DNA of 61,593 nt, filler included, from Hausera hauseri (lineage: Eukaryota): NCBI GenBank assembly GCA_046269625.1. It is 10 parts of 10 records of this genome, joined end to end, with 100 filler letters (N's around TTAATTAATTAA, not from the genome) between each part and the next. Parts side by side here need not be neighbours in the genome. Positions count along the whole stretch, not along the records: positions 1 to 12,207 come from JBJURY010043332.1; positions 12,308 to 17,636 come from JBJURY010278285.1; 8 more parts are not named here. One strand, given 5' to 3'. Both the position numbers and the translations under genes were made by a program. Below the pieces are notes generated by a model. The model was not told where the DNA came from. It searched no databases and was given only the letters and a program-made list of their open reading frames with translations. Positions 1 to 13,379 of the stretch are shown here, in pieces. Each line of letters opens with the position of its first letter. Within the stretch, counting starts at the first letter, position 1.

Positions 1-3000
1 TTGTTCCAGGGGGTGGGAATAGTGAAACCACGATCAAGCCAGATTGCTTTTTCTAAGGTGTGGGAATAGTGAAACCAAGATCGAGATAGAAAGCTTTTTT
101 TAGGGGGTGGGAATAGCGAAACCACGATCGATCCAGGATGCTTTGTACTATGGGGTGTGAAGCGTAAAACCACGATAAAACCAGAATGCTTTCTTCATGG
201 TGGTGGGAATACTGAAAGCAGGATCAAGCCAGAATGCTCTGTTCTTGGGGGTGGGAATAGTAAAACAACGACTAAACCAGAATGCTGCGTTCTAGGGGGT
301 TGATATAATGAAATAACGTTCAAGGCAGAATGCTTTGATCTGTGAGGTGGTATAGTGAAACCACGATCAAGCCATAATGCTCTGTTCCAGGGGGTGGAAA
401 TAGAGAAACCAGAATCAAGGTAGAAAGCTTTGATTTGGGAAAGGGAAGAGTGAAACCACGATCAAACCAGAATGCTTTGACTTTGGACGTCGGAATAATA
501 AAACCACGATCAATGCCGAATGCTTTTTTTAGGGATGGGAATAGTGAAATCACGATAAAACCAGGACGCTTTGTTCTAGATGGTGGGAATAGTGAAACCA
601 CGATCAAGCCAGAATGCTTTGATCCATAGGGTGGGAATAGTGAAATCACGATCAAGCCAGATTGCTCTGTGCTAGGTTGTGGAAATAGTGAAACCACGAA
701 CAAGCCATTATGCTTTTTTTAGGGGCGGGAATAGTAAAATCACGATCAAGCCAGAATGCTTTGTTCTAGGGGGTAAGAATAGTGAATCCACGATCAAAGC
801 AGAATGCTTTGTTCTAGGTGGTGGGAATAGTGAAAAAACGTTCAAGCAGAATGATTTGTTCTTGGAGGTAAGAATATTAAAACCGCGATCAAGCCAGAAT
901 GCTTTTTTTCAGGGAGTGGGAATAATGAAACCACGATCAAGCCAGAATACTTTGTTCTATGGGTGCGAATAGTTGAACCGCGATGAAAACATTATGCTTT
1001 GTTACAGGGGGTGGGAATAGAGAAACCACGATCAAGCCAGATTGCTTTGTTCTAAGGGGTGGGAATAGTGAATCCATGATCAAGCGATAATGCTTTGCTC
1101 TAAAGGGTGGGAATAGTGAAACCACGATCAAGCCAGAATGCTTTGATCTAAAGGTTGGGTATAGTGAAACCACGATCAAGCAAGAATGTTTCGTTTTAGG
1201 GGTAAGAATAGTAAATTCGCGATCAAAGCAAAATGCTGTTTTACCGGGGAGGAATTTGTGAAACGACGATCAAGTTAGAATGCTTTGTTCTCTGGGGTGG
1301 GAATAGTCACACTACGATCAAGCCAGATTGCTTTGTTTAACGGGGCGGAAATAGTGAAACCACGATCACGCTAGATTGCTTTGTTCTAACTTGTGCGAAT
1401 AGTGAATCCACGGTGAAGGCAAAATTTTTTGTTCTATGGTGGGAATGGTAAAATCACGATCAAGCCAGAATGCCTTGTTCTAGGGCGTGTGAATAGTGAG
1501 ACTACGATCAAGGCAGTATGCTTTTTTCTAAGGGGTGGGAATAGTGAAACCACGATCAAGCCAAAATGCTTTGATCTATGCGGTGGGAATAGTGAAACCA
1601 CAATCAAGGTAGAATGCTTTGTTTCAGGGGGTGGGATTGGTGAAACCACGATCAAGCCAGATTGCTTTTTTCTAAGGGGTGTGAATAGTGAATTGAAGAT
1701 CAAACCAGAATGCTTTTTTCTATGGGGTGGGAATGGTGAAATCATGATCAAGCCAGACTACATTGTTCCAGGGGTTGGGAACAGTGGAACCAAGATCAAG
1801 CCAGAATGCTTTGATTTAGGGGGTGGGAATAGTGAAACAACGATCAGGGCAGAATGCTTTGATCTATGCGGTTGGAATAGTGAAACCACGATCAAGCCAG
1901 AATGCTTTGTTCTATGGGGTGGAATAGTGAAACCACGATCAAGCCAGAAGGCTTTTCTCTAGGGGGCGAAAATAGTGGAAACACGATCTAGGCAGAATGC
2001 TTTGTTTTGGGAGTGGGAATATTGAAACTACGTTCAAGGCAGCATGCTTTGATTTATGGGGTGGTATAGGGAAACCTCGAGCAAGGCAGATTGCTTTGTT
2101 CTAATGGATGGGAGTAGTGAAACCACTATCAAGCGAGAATGCATTGTGCCAAAGGGTGGGAATAGTGAAATCACGATCAAGCCAAATTGCTTTGATCTAA
2201 GGGGTGGAAATAGTAGAACCGCGATGAAACCATTATGCTTTGTTACAGGGGGTGGGAATAGCAAAACCACGAACAAGCCAAATGCTTTGTTCCAAAGGGT
2301 AATTATAGTGAATCCACGATCATGGCGGAATGCTTTGTTCCAGGGGGTGGAATAGTGACACGGAGATCAATACAGAGTGCGTTGTTGTATCGGATGGGAA
2401 TAGTGGAGCCACGATCAAGCCAGAATGCTTTGTTCTTGGGGGTGGGAATAGTAAATCCAGGATCAAGGCTAAATGCTTTGTTTAGCAGTGGGAATAGTAA
2501 AACCACGTTCAAGCCAAATGCTCTGTCCCAGGGAATGGAAATAGTGAAACCACGATGAAGCCATAGTGCTTTTCTGTTGAGGGTGGGAATAGCAAAGCAA
2601 CGATCAAGCCAGAATGTTTGTTCCAGATGGTGGGAATAGTGAAACCACGAGCAAGTCAGAATGCTTTTTTTCAGGAGGTAGGAATAGTGAAATGACGATC
2701 AAGCCAGAATGCATTGTTCTTGGGTTGGGAATAGTGACACCACGATCAAGCCAGATTGTTTTGTTCACGGGAGTGGGTATAGTGAAACCAAAATCAAGGA
2801 AGAAAGCTTTGTTTTTGGGGATGGGAATAGTGAAACCAAGATGAAGACAGAATGCTTCGTTCCAGGAGGTAAGAATAGTGAGACCACGATAAAGGCAGAA
2901 TACTTTGTTCTGTGGGGTGGGAACAGTAAAACATCGATCAAACCAGAATGCTTTGTTCTAATGGGTGGGAATGGTGAAACCACGATCAAGGCTTATTGCT

Positions 3001-6000
3001 TTGTTCCAGGGTGTATGAATAGTGAATTCACGATCAAAACAGAATGCTTTGTTCTATGGGGCGGAAATAGTGAAACCACGATCACGCTAGATTGCTTTGT
3101 TCTAACGTGTGCAAATAGTGAATCCACGGTCAAAGCAAAATATTTGTTCTATGGAGGGAATGGTAAAATCACGATCACGCCAGAATGCCTTGTTCTAGGG
3201 CGTGTGAATAGTGAGACTACGATCAAGGCAGTATGCTTTTTTCCAAGGGGTGGGAATAGTGAAACCACGATCAAGCCAAAATGCTTTGATCTCTGCGGTG
3301 GAATAGTGAAATCACGATCGAGCCAGAATGCTTTGTTCTAGGGGGCGGAATAGTGAAACCACGATCAAGCCAGAATGTTTTTTTCTTCGGGGTGGGCGTA
3401 GTAGAACTACGATCAAAACAGAGTGCTTTGTTTTAGCGGTGGGAATATTGAAATCACGATCAAATCAGAATGCTTTGTTCTAGGGGGTGGGAATTGTGAT
3501 ATCGCGATCAAGGCAAAAAGGTTTATTTTAGGGGTGGGAATAGTGAAACCACGATCAATACAGAATGCTTTTTTCCAGGAGGTGGGAATATTGAAACCGC
3601 CATCAAGCCAGAATGCTTTGTTCTAAGGGTTGAAAATAGTCAATTCACGATGAAGTCAGAATGCTTTGTTCTCGGGAATTGGAATAGTGAAACCATGATT
3701 AAGCCCCAATGCTTTGTTGTATCGGGTGGGAATGGTGAAACCACTATCAGGCAAGATTGCTTTGTTCTATCGGGTGGGAATAGTGAAACCACGATCAAGC
3801 CAGAATGCCTGGTTCTAGGGGATGGGAATAGTGAAACCACGATCAAGGCAAAATTTTTTTTTTAGGGTGGGAATAGTAAAATTACGATCAAGCCAGAATG
3901 CCTTGTTCTAGGCGTGTGAATAGTGAGACTATGATCAAAGCAGTATGGTTTTTTCGAAGGGGTGGGAATAGTGAAACCACGATCAAGCCAGAATGCTTTG
4001 ATCTATGCGGTGGGAATAGCCAAACCACGATCAAAACAGAATGCTTTGTTCTCTGCGGTGGGAATGGTGAAACCACGATAAAGCCAGTTTGCTTTATTCT
4101 AAGGTGTGTGAACAGTGAATTCACGATCAAGCCAGAATGCCTTTTTCTATGGGGTGGGAATGGTGAAACCACAACCAAGCCAGATTGCTTTTTTCCAAGG
4201 GGTGGGAATACTGAAACCACGATCAAGGCAGAATGCTTTGTTTTATGGGTGCGAATAATGAAACCAGGAACAAGCCAGAATGCTTTGTTCTAGGAGGTGG
4301 TAATAGTGAATTCACGATTAAGCCAGAATGCTTTGATCTAAGGGGTGGGAATAGTGAAACTACGATCAAGCCAGAATGCTTTTTTCTATGGGGTAGGAAT
4401 AATGAAACCACGATCAAGCCAGAATGCTTTGATCTAAGGGGTGGGAATAGTGAAACCACTATCGAGCCAGATTGCTTTGTTCTAAGGGGTGGGAATTTTG
4501 AATACACGATCAAGGCAGAATTATTTGATTTAGGGTGGGAATAGTAAAATTACGATCAAGCCTGAATGCCTTGTTCTAGGGATTGCGAATATTGAGACTA
4601 CGATCAAGGCAGAATGCTTTGTTCTATGGGGTGGGAATAATGAAGCCACCTTCAAGGCAAAATGCTTTGTTCTGTGGAGTGGAATTGTGGAACCATGATC
4701 AATGCAGAATGCATTGTTTTAGGGGTGGGAATAGTGAAACCACGATCAAACGAGAATACGTTTTTCCAGGGGATGGGAATAGTGAAACCACGATTAAAAC
4801 ACAATGCTTTATTTCAGGGGTGGGAATAGTGGAACCACGATCAAGCCAGAATGCTTTTCTCTATGGGGTGGGAATAGTGAATTCACGATCAAGCCAGGAT
4901 GCTTTGTTTTCAGGGGTGGGAATAGTGAAACCACGATCAAAACAGAATTATCTGTTTTAGCGGTGGGAATAGTAAAATCATGATCAAGCCTGAATGACTT
5001 GTTCCAGGGGGCGGGAATAGTGAGACAACGATCAAGGCAGTATGCTTTGTTCTATGGGGTGGGAATAGTGAAACCACGATCAAGCCAGAGTGCTTTGTTC
5101 TACGTTGTGGGAATAGTGAATTCACGATTAAGCCAGAATGCTTTGTTCTCGGGGGTGGGAATGGTGAAACCACGATGAAGCCAGATTGCTTTGTTCCAAG
5201 GTGTGGGAATATGGAAACCACGGTCAAGCCAGATTGCTTTGTTCTAAGTAATGGAAATTTTGAAGTCACGATCAAGCCAGAATGCTTTTTTCTTTGGGGT
5301 GGGAATGGTGAAACCACGATTAAGCCAGATTGCTTTGTTCCAAGGGGTGGGAATAGGGAAACCACGATCAAGCCAGATTGCTTTGTTCTAAGTAATGGGA
5401 ATTGTGAAACCACGGTCAAGCCAGAATGCTTTTTTCTAGGATGTGGAAATAGTAAAATCGCGATCAAACCAGAATGCTTTGTTCTAGGGGATGGGAATAG
5501 TGAAAACACGATCAAGGCACAATGCTTTGTTCCAGGGGGTGGGAACAGTGAATTCACCATCAAGCCAGAATGCTTTTCTCTATGTGGTGGGAGTAGTGAA
5601 ACCACGATCAAAATAGAATGCTTTGTTCCAGAAGTGGGAATAGTGAAACCGCGATCAAGGCAGAATGCTTTGTTTTATGGGTAGGAATAGTGAAACCACG
5701 ATCAAGCCAGAATGCTTTTTTCTATGGGGTGGGAATAGTGATACCATGATCAAGCCAGAATGCTTTGTTCTAAGGGGTCGGAATAGTGAATTCGCGTTCA
5801 AGGCAGAATGCTTTGTTCTATAGAGTGGTATAGTGGAAGCACGATAAAGGCAGAATGCTTTGTTCTATGGAGTGGAATAGTGGAAGCACGATCACGGCAG
5901 AATGCTTTGTTCCAGGGGTTGGGAATAATGAAACCACGATCAAACCAGAATACTTTGTTCTAGGAGGTGGGAATAGTAAAACCATGATCAAGCCAGAATA

Positions 6001-9000
6001 CTTTGCTCCAGGGTTTTGGAATAGTGGAACCACAATCAATCCAGAATGCTTTGTTCTAAGTGGTGGGAATAGTGAATTCAGGATCAAGGCAGAATGCTTT
6101 GTTCTAGGTGGTGGGAATAGTGAATCCACGATGAAGCCACAATGCTTTGTTCTATAAGGTGGGAAGAGTGATACCACGATGAAGGTAGAATGCTTTGTTC
6201 CAGGGGGTGGAAATACTGAAACCACGATCAAGCCAGAATACTTTGTTGTAGGTGGTGGGAATAGTGAAACCACGATAAAGCCAGAATACTTTGTTCCAGT
6301 GGGTGGGAATAGTGAAATCACGATCAAGCCAGAATGCTTTTTTCTATGGCGTAGGAATAGTGAAACCACGATCAAGCCAGAATGCTTTGATCTAACGGGT
6401 GGGAATAGTGAATTCACGATCAAGCCAGAATGACTTGTTCTATGTGGTGGGAATAATGAAACCACGACCGATCCAGATTGCTTTGTTCTAGGGGGTGGGA
6501 ATAGTAAAAGCACAATTAAGCCAGACTGCTTTCTTCAAAGGGGTGTGAATAATGAATCCACGATCAAGGCAGAATGTTTGTTTTAGGGGTGGGAATACTG
6601 AAACTACGATCAAGCCATAATGCTTTGTTCTAGGACGTGGGAATAGTGAAACCACGATGAATGCAGTATGCTTTCTTCTAAGGGCTGGGAATAGTGAAAC
6701 CACTTTCAAGGCAGAATACTTTGTTCTAGGGGGTAGGAATAGTGTACCCACAATCAAGCCAGAATGCTTTTTTCTACCGTGTAGGAATAGTGAAACCACG
6801 ATCAAGCCAGAATGCTTTGTTCTAGGGGGTGGGAATAATGATACCACGATCTAGCAGAATGCTTTTCTCCAGGGGGTGGGAATAGTGAAACCGCGAGCAA
6901 GCCAGAGTGCTTTGTTCTAAGGGGTGGGAATAGTGAATTCACGATGAAGCCAGAATGCATTGTTCTCGGGGGTGGGAATAGTGAATCCATGATTAAGCTA
7001 GAATGCTTTTTTGTATCGGGTGGGAATGCTGAAACCACTATCGGGCCAGATTGCTTTGTTCTATGGCGTGGGAATAGTAAAACCACGATCAAACCAGATT
7101 GATTTTTTCGAAGCGGTGGAAATAGTAAAATCACGATCAAGCCAGAATGCCTTGTTCTAGGGGATGGGAATAGTGAAACCACGATCAAGGCAGAATGCTT
7201 TGTTCCAGGGGGTGGGAATAGTGAATTCACGATCAAGCCAGAATGCTTTGATCTAGGGGGTGGGAATAGTGAAACCACGATCAAGCCAGAATGCCTTGTT
7301 CTAGGGCGTGTGAATAATGAGACTACGATCAATGCAGTATGCTTTTTTCTAAGGGGTGGGAATAGTGAAACCACGATCAAGCCAAAATGCTTCGTTTTAT
7401 GGGTGGAAATAGTAAAATCGCGATGAAGGCAGGATGCTTTTTTACAGGGGAGGGGGGATTAGTGAAACCACGATCAAGCCAGAATGCATTTTTCTATAGG
7501 GTTGGAATAGTGAAACCACGATCAAGCCCGATTGCTTTGTTCTAAGGGGTGGGAATTTTGAATACACGATCAAGGCAGAATTATTTGTTTTAGGGGTGAA
7601 AATAGTAAAATTACGATCAAGCCTGAATGCTTTGTTCTAGGGATTGCGAATATTGAGACGACGATCAAGGCAGAATGCTTTGTTCTAAGGGGTGGGAATA
7701 TTGAAACCACGTTCAAGGCAAAATGCTTTGTTTTATGGAGTGGAATAGTGGAACCAAGATCAAGGCAGAATGCTTTGTTCTAGGGGTGGGAATAGTGAAG
7801 CCACGATGAATCCAGAATACTTTTTTTCAGGGGCTGGAAATAGTGAAACCACGATCAAGACACAATGCTTTATTTTAGGGTTGGGAATAGTGGAACCACG
7901 ATGAATCCAGAATGCTTTTTTCTATGGAGTGGGAATAGTGAATTCACGATCAAACCAGGATGCTTTGTTTTCGGGGGTGGGAATAGTGAAACCACGATCA
8001 AGGTAGAATTATCTGTTTTAGAGTTGGGAATAGTGAAAGCACGATCAAGCCAGATTGCTTTGTTCTATGGGGCGGAAATAGTGAAACCACGATCAAGGCA
8101 GATAGCCTTGTTTTAACGTGTGCAAATAGTGAATCCACGGTCAAGGCAAAATTTCTTCTTTTAGGGTGGGAATAGTAAAATCACGATCAAGCCATAATGC
8201 CTTGTTCTAGGGCGTGGGCATAGTGAGACTACGATGAAGGCAGTATGCTTTTTTCTAAGGGGTGGGAATAGTGAAACCACGATCAAGCCAGAATGCTTTG
8301 ATCTATGCGGTGTGAATAGTGAAACCACGATCAAGACAGAATGCTTTGTTCCAGATTGTGGGAATAGTGAATTCACGATCAAGCCAGAATGCTTTGTTCT
8401 CGGGTGTGTGAATGGTGAATCCACGATCAAGCCAGATTGCTTTATTCTAAGGGGTGTGAATAGTGAATTCACGATCAAGCCAGAATGCTTTTTTCTATGG
8501 GGTGGGAATTGTGAAACCACGGTCAAGCCAGAATGCTTTTTTCTAGGATGTTGGAATAGTAAAATCGCGATCAAACCAGAATGCCTTGTTCTAGAGGATG
8601 GGAATAGTGAGACGACGATCAAGGCAGAATGCTTTTTCTAAGGGGTGGGAATATTGAAACCACGATCAAGGCATAATGCTTTGTTTTCGGGGGTGGGAAT
8701 AGTGAAACCAGTATCAAGGCAGAATGCTTTTTTCTAGGGGGTGGGAATAGTGAAACCACGATCAAGGCAGAATGCTTTTTTCTATGGGGTGGGAATAGTG
8801 AAACCACGATCAAGGCAGAATGCTTTGTTCTAATGGGTGGGAAGAGTGAGACGACGATCAGGGCAGTATGCTTTGTTCTAAGGGGTCGGAATAGTGAAAC
8901 CACGTTCAAGGCAGAATGATTTGTTCTATGGAGTGGAATAGTTGAAACACGATCAATGCAGAATGCTTTGTTCTAGGGGGTGGAAGTAGTGAAACCACGA

Positions 9001-9710
9001 TCATGCCAGAATATTTTGTTCTAGGGGATGGGAATAGTAAAACCACGATCAAGGGAGTGTATTTTTTCTAAGGGGTCGGAAGAGTGAAACCGCGTTCAAG
9101 GCAGAATGCTTTGTTCAATGAAGTGGAATAGTGGAAGCACGATCACGGCAGAATGCTATGTTCTAGAGGGTGGGAATAGTGAAACCACAATTAAGCCAGA
9201 TTGCTTTTTTCTAAGTGGTGGGATTAGTAAAATCACGATGAACCCAGAATGCCTTGTTCTAGGGGATGGGAAGAATGAAACCACGATCAAGGCAGAATGC
9301 TTTGTTCCAGGGCGTGGGAATAGTGAATTCACAATCAAGCCAGAATGCTTTGATCTAGGAGGTGGGAATAGTGAAACCACGATCGAGCCAGAATGCTTTT
9401 TACAGTGGAGGGATTAGTGAAACCACGATCAAGGCAGAATGCTTTTTTTAGGGTGGAAATAGTAAAATCACGATCAAGCCATAATGCTTTGTTCTAGGGG
9501 GTGGGAATAGTAAAACCACGTTCAAGGCAGAATGCTTTCTTTTATGGGGTGGAATAGTGAAACCGCGATCAAGGCAGAATGCTGTGTTCTAGGGGGAAGG
9601 AATAGTGAAAGGACGATCAGAGCGGAATGCTTTGTTCTAGCGGTTGGGAGTAGTGAAACCACGTTCAAGGCGGAATGCTTTGTGCTAAGGGCGGGAATAT
9701 TGAAACCCAC
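1..9710. repeat. Satellite array with a 48-bp unit (consensus about GGTGGGAATAGTGAAACCACGATCAAGCCAGAATGCTTTGTTCTAGGG), roughly 200 diverged copies, open at the window start
   Basis: The unit is directly visible. The ORF track shows a 16-aa period (GGNSETTIKPECFVLG on +, IVVSLFPPPRTKHSGL on -), broken by frequent indels and stops. Confidence 0.97.
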
Positions 9711-9807
9711 TCTGCATCCTTAAGAAAAGTGCAACATTGGCACATTTTGTGCTATAGCACAACAGGAAAACGTCCTATGAAGTTGATTCATACACCATTC
9801 GACGCAG

Positions 9808-10148
9808 AATTAAATTTTGCACAAGGTAGAACATTCAAAAAGTTTTCTCGATAATATGAAAAATTTTCCCACGGTCCAGAAAATTTTCCCACGCTCGATG
9901 CTTTCTTCCCTGGGGGTTTGGCTTGGTGTGCTCCATTCTACCTACTCATATGCTTTACCAAAAGTTCAAAATTAAATCACCAGTTCATTGATCTATATAG
10001 AATTGCAATTAATACGATACCAAACTGGAAATCATGAGTTTCCATTATATAATATATGGCCGATTCGGATCAGACATAAAACGGGTTTGTCGATTGGTAT
10101 CAAAGTCCATTCATGTGAAAGACAATCGGAAAGAGAGCAAAGGGTTAA
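9808..10148. mobile_element. Non-autonomous DNA-transposon end flanking the satellite, with a piggyBac-like terminus (AAAGGG|TTAA at 10139-10148)
   Basis: 9808-9950 resembles 30085-30235 on another contig (ATTAAATT.TG.ACAAG.TAGAAC.TTCAAAAA...TTTTCTCGATAA...AAAAATTTTCCCACGCTC.ATGCTTTCT). The GGG-TTAA end fits the piggyBac pattern of a CCC-starting TIR plus TTAA target site. Confidence 0.5.
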
Positions 10149-10391
10149 TATTGACATTTCAACCATGTTTGTTCCCAAATATTTGTACGCGAATTGTGTA
10201 ACTTTCTTTTGTAAAAGAATTATTTAGAATACCTATATTTAAGTTTGGTTTTAATCAATAAACGATGAGAAATCGAAATAATATAAATTGTAATTGAAAC
10301 AGTGAAAAAAAATTCTAACATGCAATTTGAATTCACATCCATTCTCTCATCATATTAAAACAAAAAAACTATATAGTTGGCGAATTAATTG

Positions 10392-11989
10392 AGTAGATAT
10401 GGTCACCACAGGCACTGCTGCCGTCAAGGAGGCATTCATTCACTTCCTTCCCACGAAAGGAAAAACGGCTGAGAAGATAACAGGCATTATACTGCAAAAA
10501 CTGGCAAATGACGGTATCCATATGGACAGTTGCTTTTGATAATACTGCTACAATGTCTGGAGTGCATATTGGTGTGCAGCGTCGAATACAGGCGATTAGC
10601 AAACATTCTTACTTCATCCCATGCAATAAACACAGTCTAAATTTGGCTGGTGTCCACGCAGCTGCTCTTTCTATAAATACCACTACCTTCTTCAGGACGG
10701 TTGAAAGAACATTTGCATTTTCTTTGTCATCTACTCACAGATGAGATATTTTAATGAAGGATATGTCAAAAACTTTGAAACGTGTTTCTGATACTCGATG
10801 GAGTTGTAGGTTCGATGCTATTTCTGCTTTTCAAGATAACCTAGGAGTGATGCTAGCCTTGGAAAAGCTTCGGGATGGCGCATCTGAGACATATAAAACA
10901 AAGTCGGATGCCGGCTGTCTTCTGAAAAGCATTGTCTTTCACATTCGTAGCCTATCTGCATTTGTGGAAGCCAGTACTAAAAGTGATTGACGATGCACAA
11001 CTGTACCTGCAAACTCTTGGACCAGGAATTGATTAATGTACTGAAAAAATGAATGCATTATTATTATTCCTTGGCGAAGAGAGGAAGACTCTTGTTTCAC
11101 AAGCTGTAGTCACAGCCCGCAGAATCTGTACCGAAATGCCATCTCAACAGAGCGAAGAATGAGGAGAAAAAAGCGAATGTGTGATGAAGAAGCAAAATAT
11201 GTTGGAATGACATTGGAAGAGGAGGTAAGACAAAAATTCTTGGAAGTGATGGATCGTCCCACTTACGACATTTCTTCACGCAGGCAGCAGGTTCGCAATC
11301 TGAACAGCCACTTTGGTTTTCTCAAAACCACCTACCTTTTTGATGAGAAAAACGATAACACCATAAAGGAACAGGTGCAGGGGTAACAAATGTCTACAGA
11401 GAAAACAATTCAGCAGTTGTTGGAGGAGATCAAACGACTTCGATGATACGCCAGGAGCTTTTCCGGCATCACTAAAGAAAATATCTCACTCAGTGTTGCA
11501 GATACCGCAATGGATCGCGAAGTGGGCGCTCATCGAAACCCTCCCGAACCTCACCATTCTTCGGATCTTTCTTATTATGGGCGTCTCTGTGGCAAGCTGC
11601 GAGCGAAGCTTTTCGAAGCGAAAGCTCATCAAGACATACCTCCGGTCAACAATGAGCGAGCTTCGATTAAGTAAACTGGCTATTTTTTCTATTGAAAGGG
11701 AAACGACGGAGAAACTGGACATGGAACAAATCCTGCGAGACTCTGCACAGAAGAAGGCCAGGAAGATATGACATGTATGCATGTGTGTATGTGTTTGTTT
11801 GAAGGCCTTTGACCTTGATGAAACATTGGGAAAAATCAAACAATGCTTTTTCGTTTAATGTTTGGAATTTTATTTGTCATCGATATTATATAGTAAAAAT
11901 AAAGTTCAATAATCTTCATTTTTAACAAATGTGAGGGGCGGCACGTTGCAACTTCGTCCCGGACGGTATGTAGGGTTGGTACGCCACTG
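10392..11989 (+). mobile_element. Decayed, 5'-truncated hAT transposon (ZMYM1/DUF4371-type transposase with hAT dimerisation domain), 3' TIR ending at 11989
   Basis: Fragments FDNTATMSGVHIGVQRRI...FIPCNKHSLNL, TLKRVSDTRWS and LPNL...SVASCERSFSK..LIKTYLRSTMS..RLSKLAIFSIE, with several stops and frameshifts. The terminal GGTACGCCACTG is the reverse complement of a CAGTGGCGTACC-type hAT TIR. Confidence 0.92.
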
Positions 11990-12207
11990 CATTTAATCCA
12001 GTTTTGTAGTGAAAATAACATTCATCAATTAATTTAGATAGCAGATAATTAGTCAAAGTTCCAACAAATATGTAAATTGATTATCAATAATTAAATCTAT
12101 CCGGATTCAAAATTTCTCTAAATCTAATGCCGCTGAGAGATTCATTGTTTTTACCAATTGTTGGAAAATCAACTAAAGCTTCACCTAAAACAAAAATCAG
12201 TGTTGTT

Positions 12208-12307
12208 NNNNNNNNNNNNNNNNNNNNNNNNNNNNNNNNNNNNNNNNNNNNTTAATTAATTAANNNNNNNNNNNNNNNNNNNNNNNNNNNNNNNNNNNNN
12301 NNNNNNN
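12208..12307. other. Artificial contig linker (N44-TTAATTAATTAA-N44); also at about 17637, 25317, 29985, 34744, 39590, 43796, 50518 and 56749
   Basis: The same 100-nt structure, with stops in all six frames, occurs nine times. Confidence 0.97.
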
Positions 12308-12308
12308 T

Positions 12309-12437
12309 GTACTATGTAAACAAAGAAAAGTGGATACGGTATTCTTAATGTGCGGTCATCTCGTTGTTTGTCAAACGTGTTCCACCAAAGTAACCCAATA
12401 TCCAGAAGGTAAATGTGCTATAACGGAAATTGTATAG
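12309..12437 (+). pseudogene. C-terminal IAP-type RING finger (C3HC4) remnant, cut by the contig edge
   Basis: Translates as VLCKQRKVDTVFLMCGHLVVCQTCSTKVTQYPEGKCAITEIV*. This matches the IAP RING pattern CxxC...VFLPCGHLVxCxxC...CPxCR, with the last Cys pair degenerate (YPEG). Confidence 0.75.
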
Positions 12438-12664
12438 ATTTATTAAGAATGACTTCAATAACGGAACGAAACAGTGTCATGGGCTTCAATGACGTGGAGG
12501 TAATTTTAACTAGTATGTATCATTTTGATGAGACAATATGAATCATTGTGATATGAAACAATACTCACAAAGTAAATGTCTATTGTCAACAATGAAAACA
12601 AACCGGTATGAACAAATTTGATATAAATATGGATGCAATTTCATTTCACGTTTGTCTTTAAAAA

Positions 12665-13126
12665 ATGTCTTTGAAAAACAATTCAGCAGGTGTCAACTCA
12701 GCGAGTCTCTCAAAAAAGTCAAGGTACAGCGAATATTCGCTCAGAAATTCTCGGTTGTATAATGGATACAACGTCCATTATCTGCGCAACGCTATTCAAT
12801 TGCTATTGATGCAAACGCTCAAAATCAAACCGGTACAATATGGTCTATCGGTGAAAAAGATCAACGACGATGATTTGGATAAAATGGAAGAAACAAATAG
12901 AAAAATTGACAGTGATTTGGTGTTAAGTAAGGATATCCGAGATACACCGTCGATTTTTCTCAAAGGAAATATGGCAAAAATTGTCATTTCACATGGAGGA
13001 GAAACGGCAGCAGTTTTGCCATCAGAAGGAGCTAAAGGCCATCGAACATTGAATTTGAAATGATACAAGGATCTGCACGACGGTATATCACCAATATGGA
13101 AGCTGGGAACGTTTACGCTGATTTGA
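12665..13126 (+). pseudogene. Polinton-associated protein of unknown function (homolog of 42647-43087), with a premature TGA at 13061-13063
   Basis: Near-gapless alignment to the 42647 ORF. Reading through the TGA gives YKDLHDGISPIWKL. TATAAATA at 12622. Confidence 0.7.
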
Positions 13127-13379
13127 CTTACTTTGTTTTTGATTTTAGCTTATAATTAATATATTTTATTGATTTTGTACTTGATATTATTTCTCGTCAC
13201 ACGAAGCTAAATACATAAATGCATATAGATAAATTAAATGATAATAAAACAAAAGGCAAAAACAACGGAAAATATACATTGCTTATACACAAAAACACAG
13301 AACACAATGAATTGTCACAGTAGATTGGTTACTTGGATCTGTCTGTATCATCAAAACAGAATTCATGTGTATGCGTGTG

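Noticed and set aside
1-9710. Satellite read as a CRISPR array or as a repeat-protein gene
   Set aside because: There are no unique spacers and no cas genes. Frame-breaking indels and stops occur every few units, so the ORFs only reflect a 48-bp unit that is a multiple of three.
12252-12263. Recurrent TTAATTAATTAA as a biological motif
   Set aside because: It is always centred in fixed-length N runs, so it is an assembly spacer.
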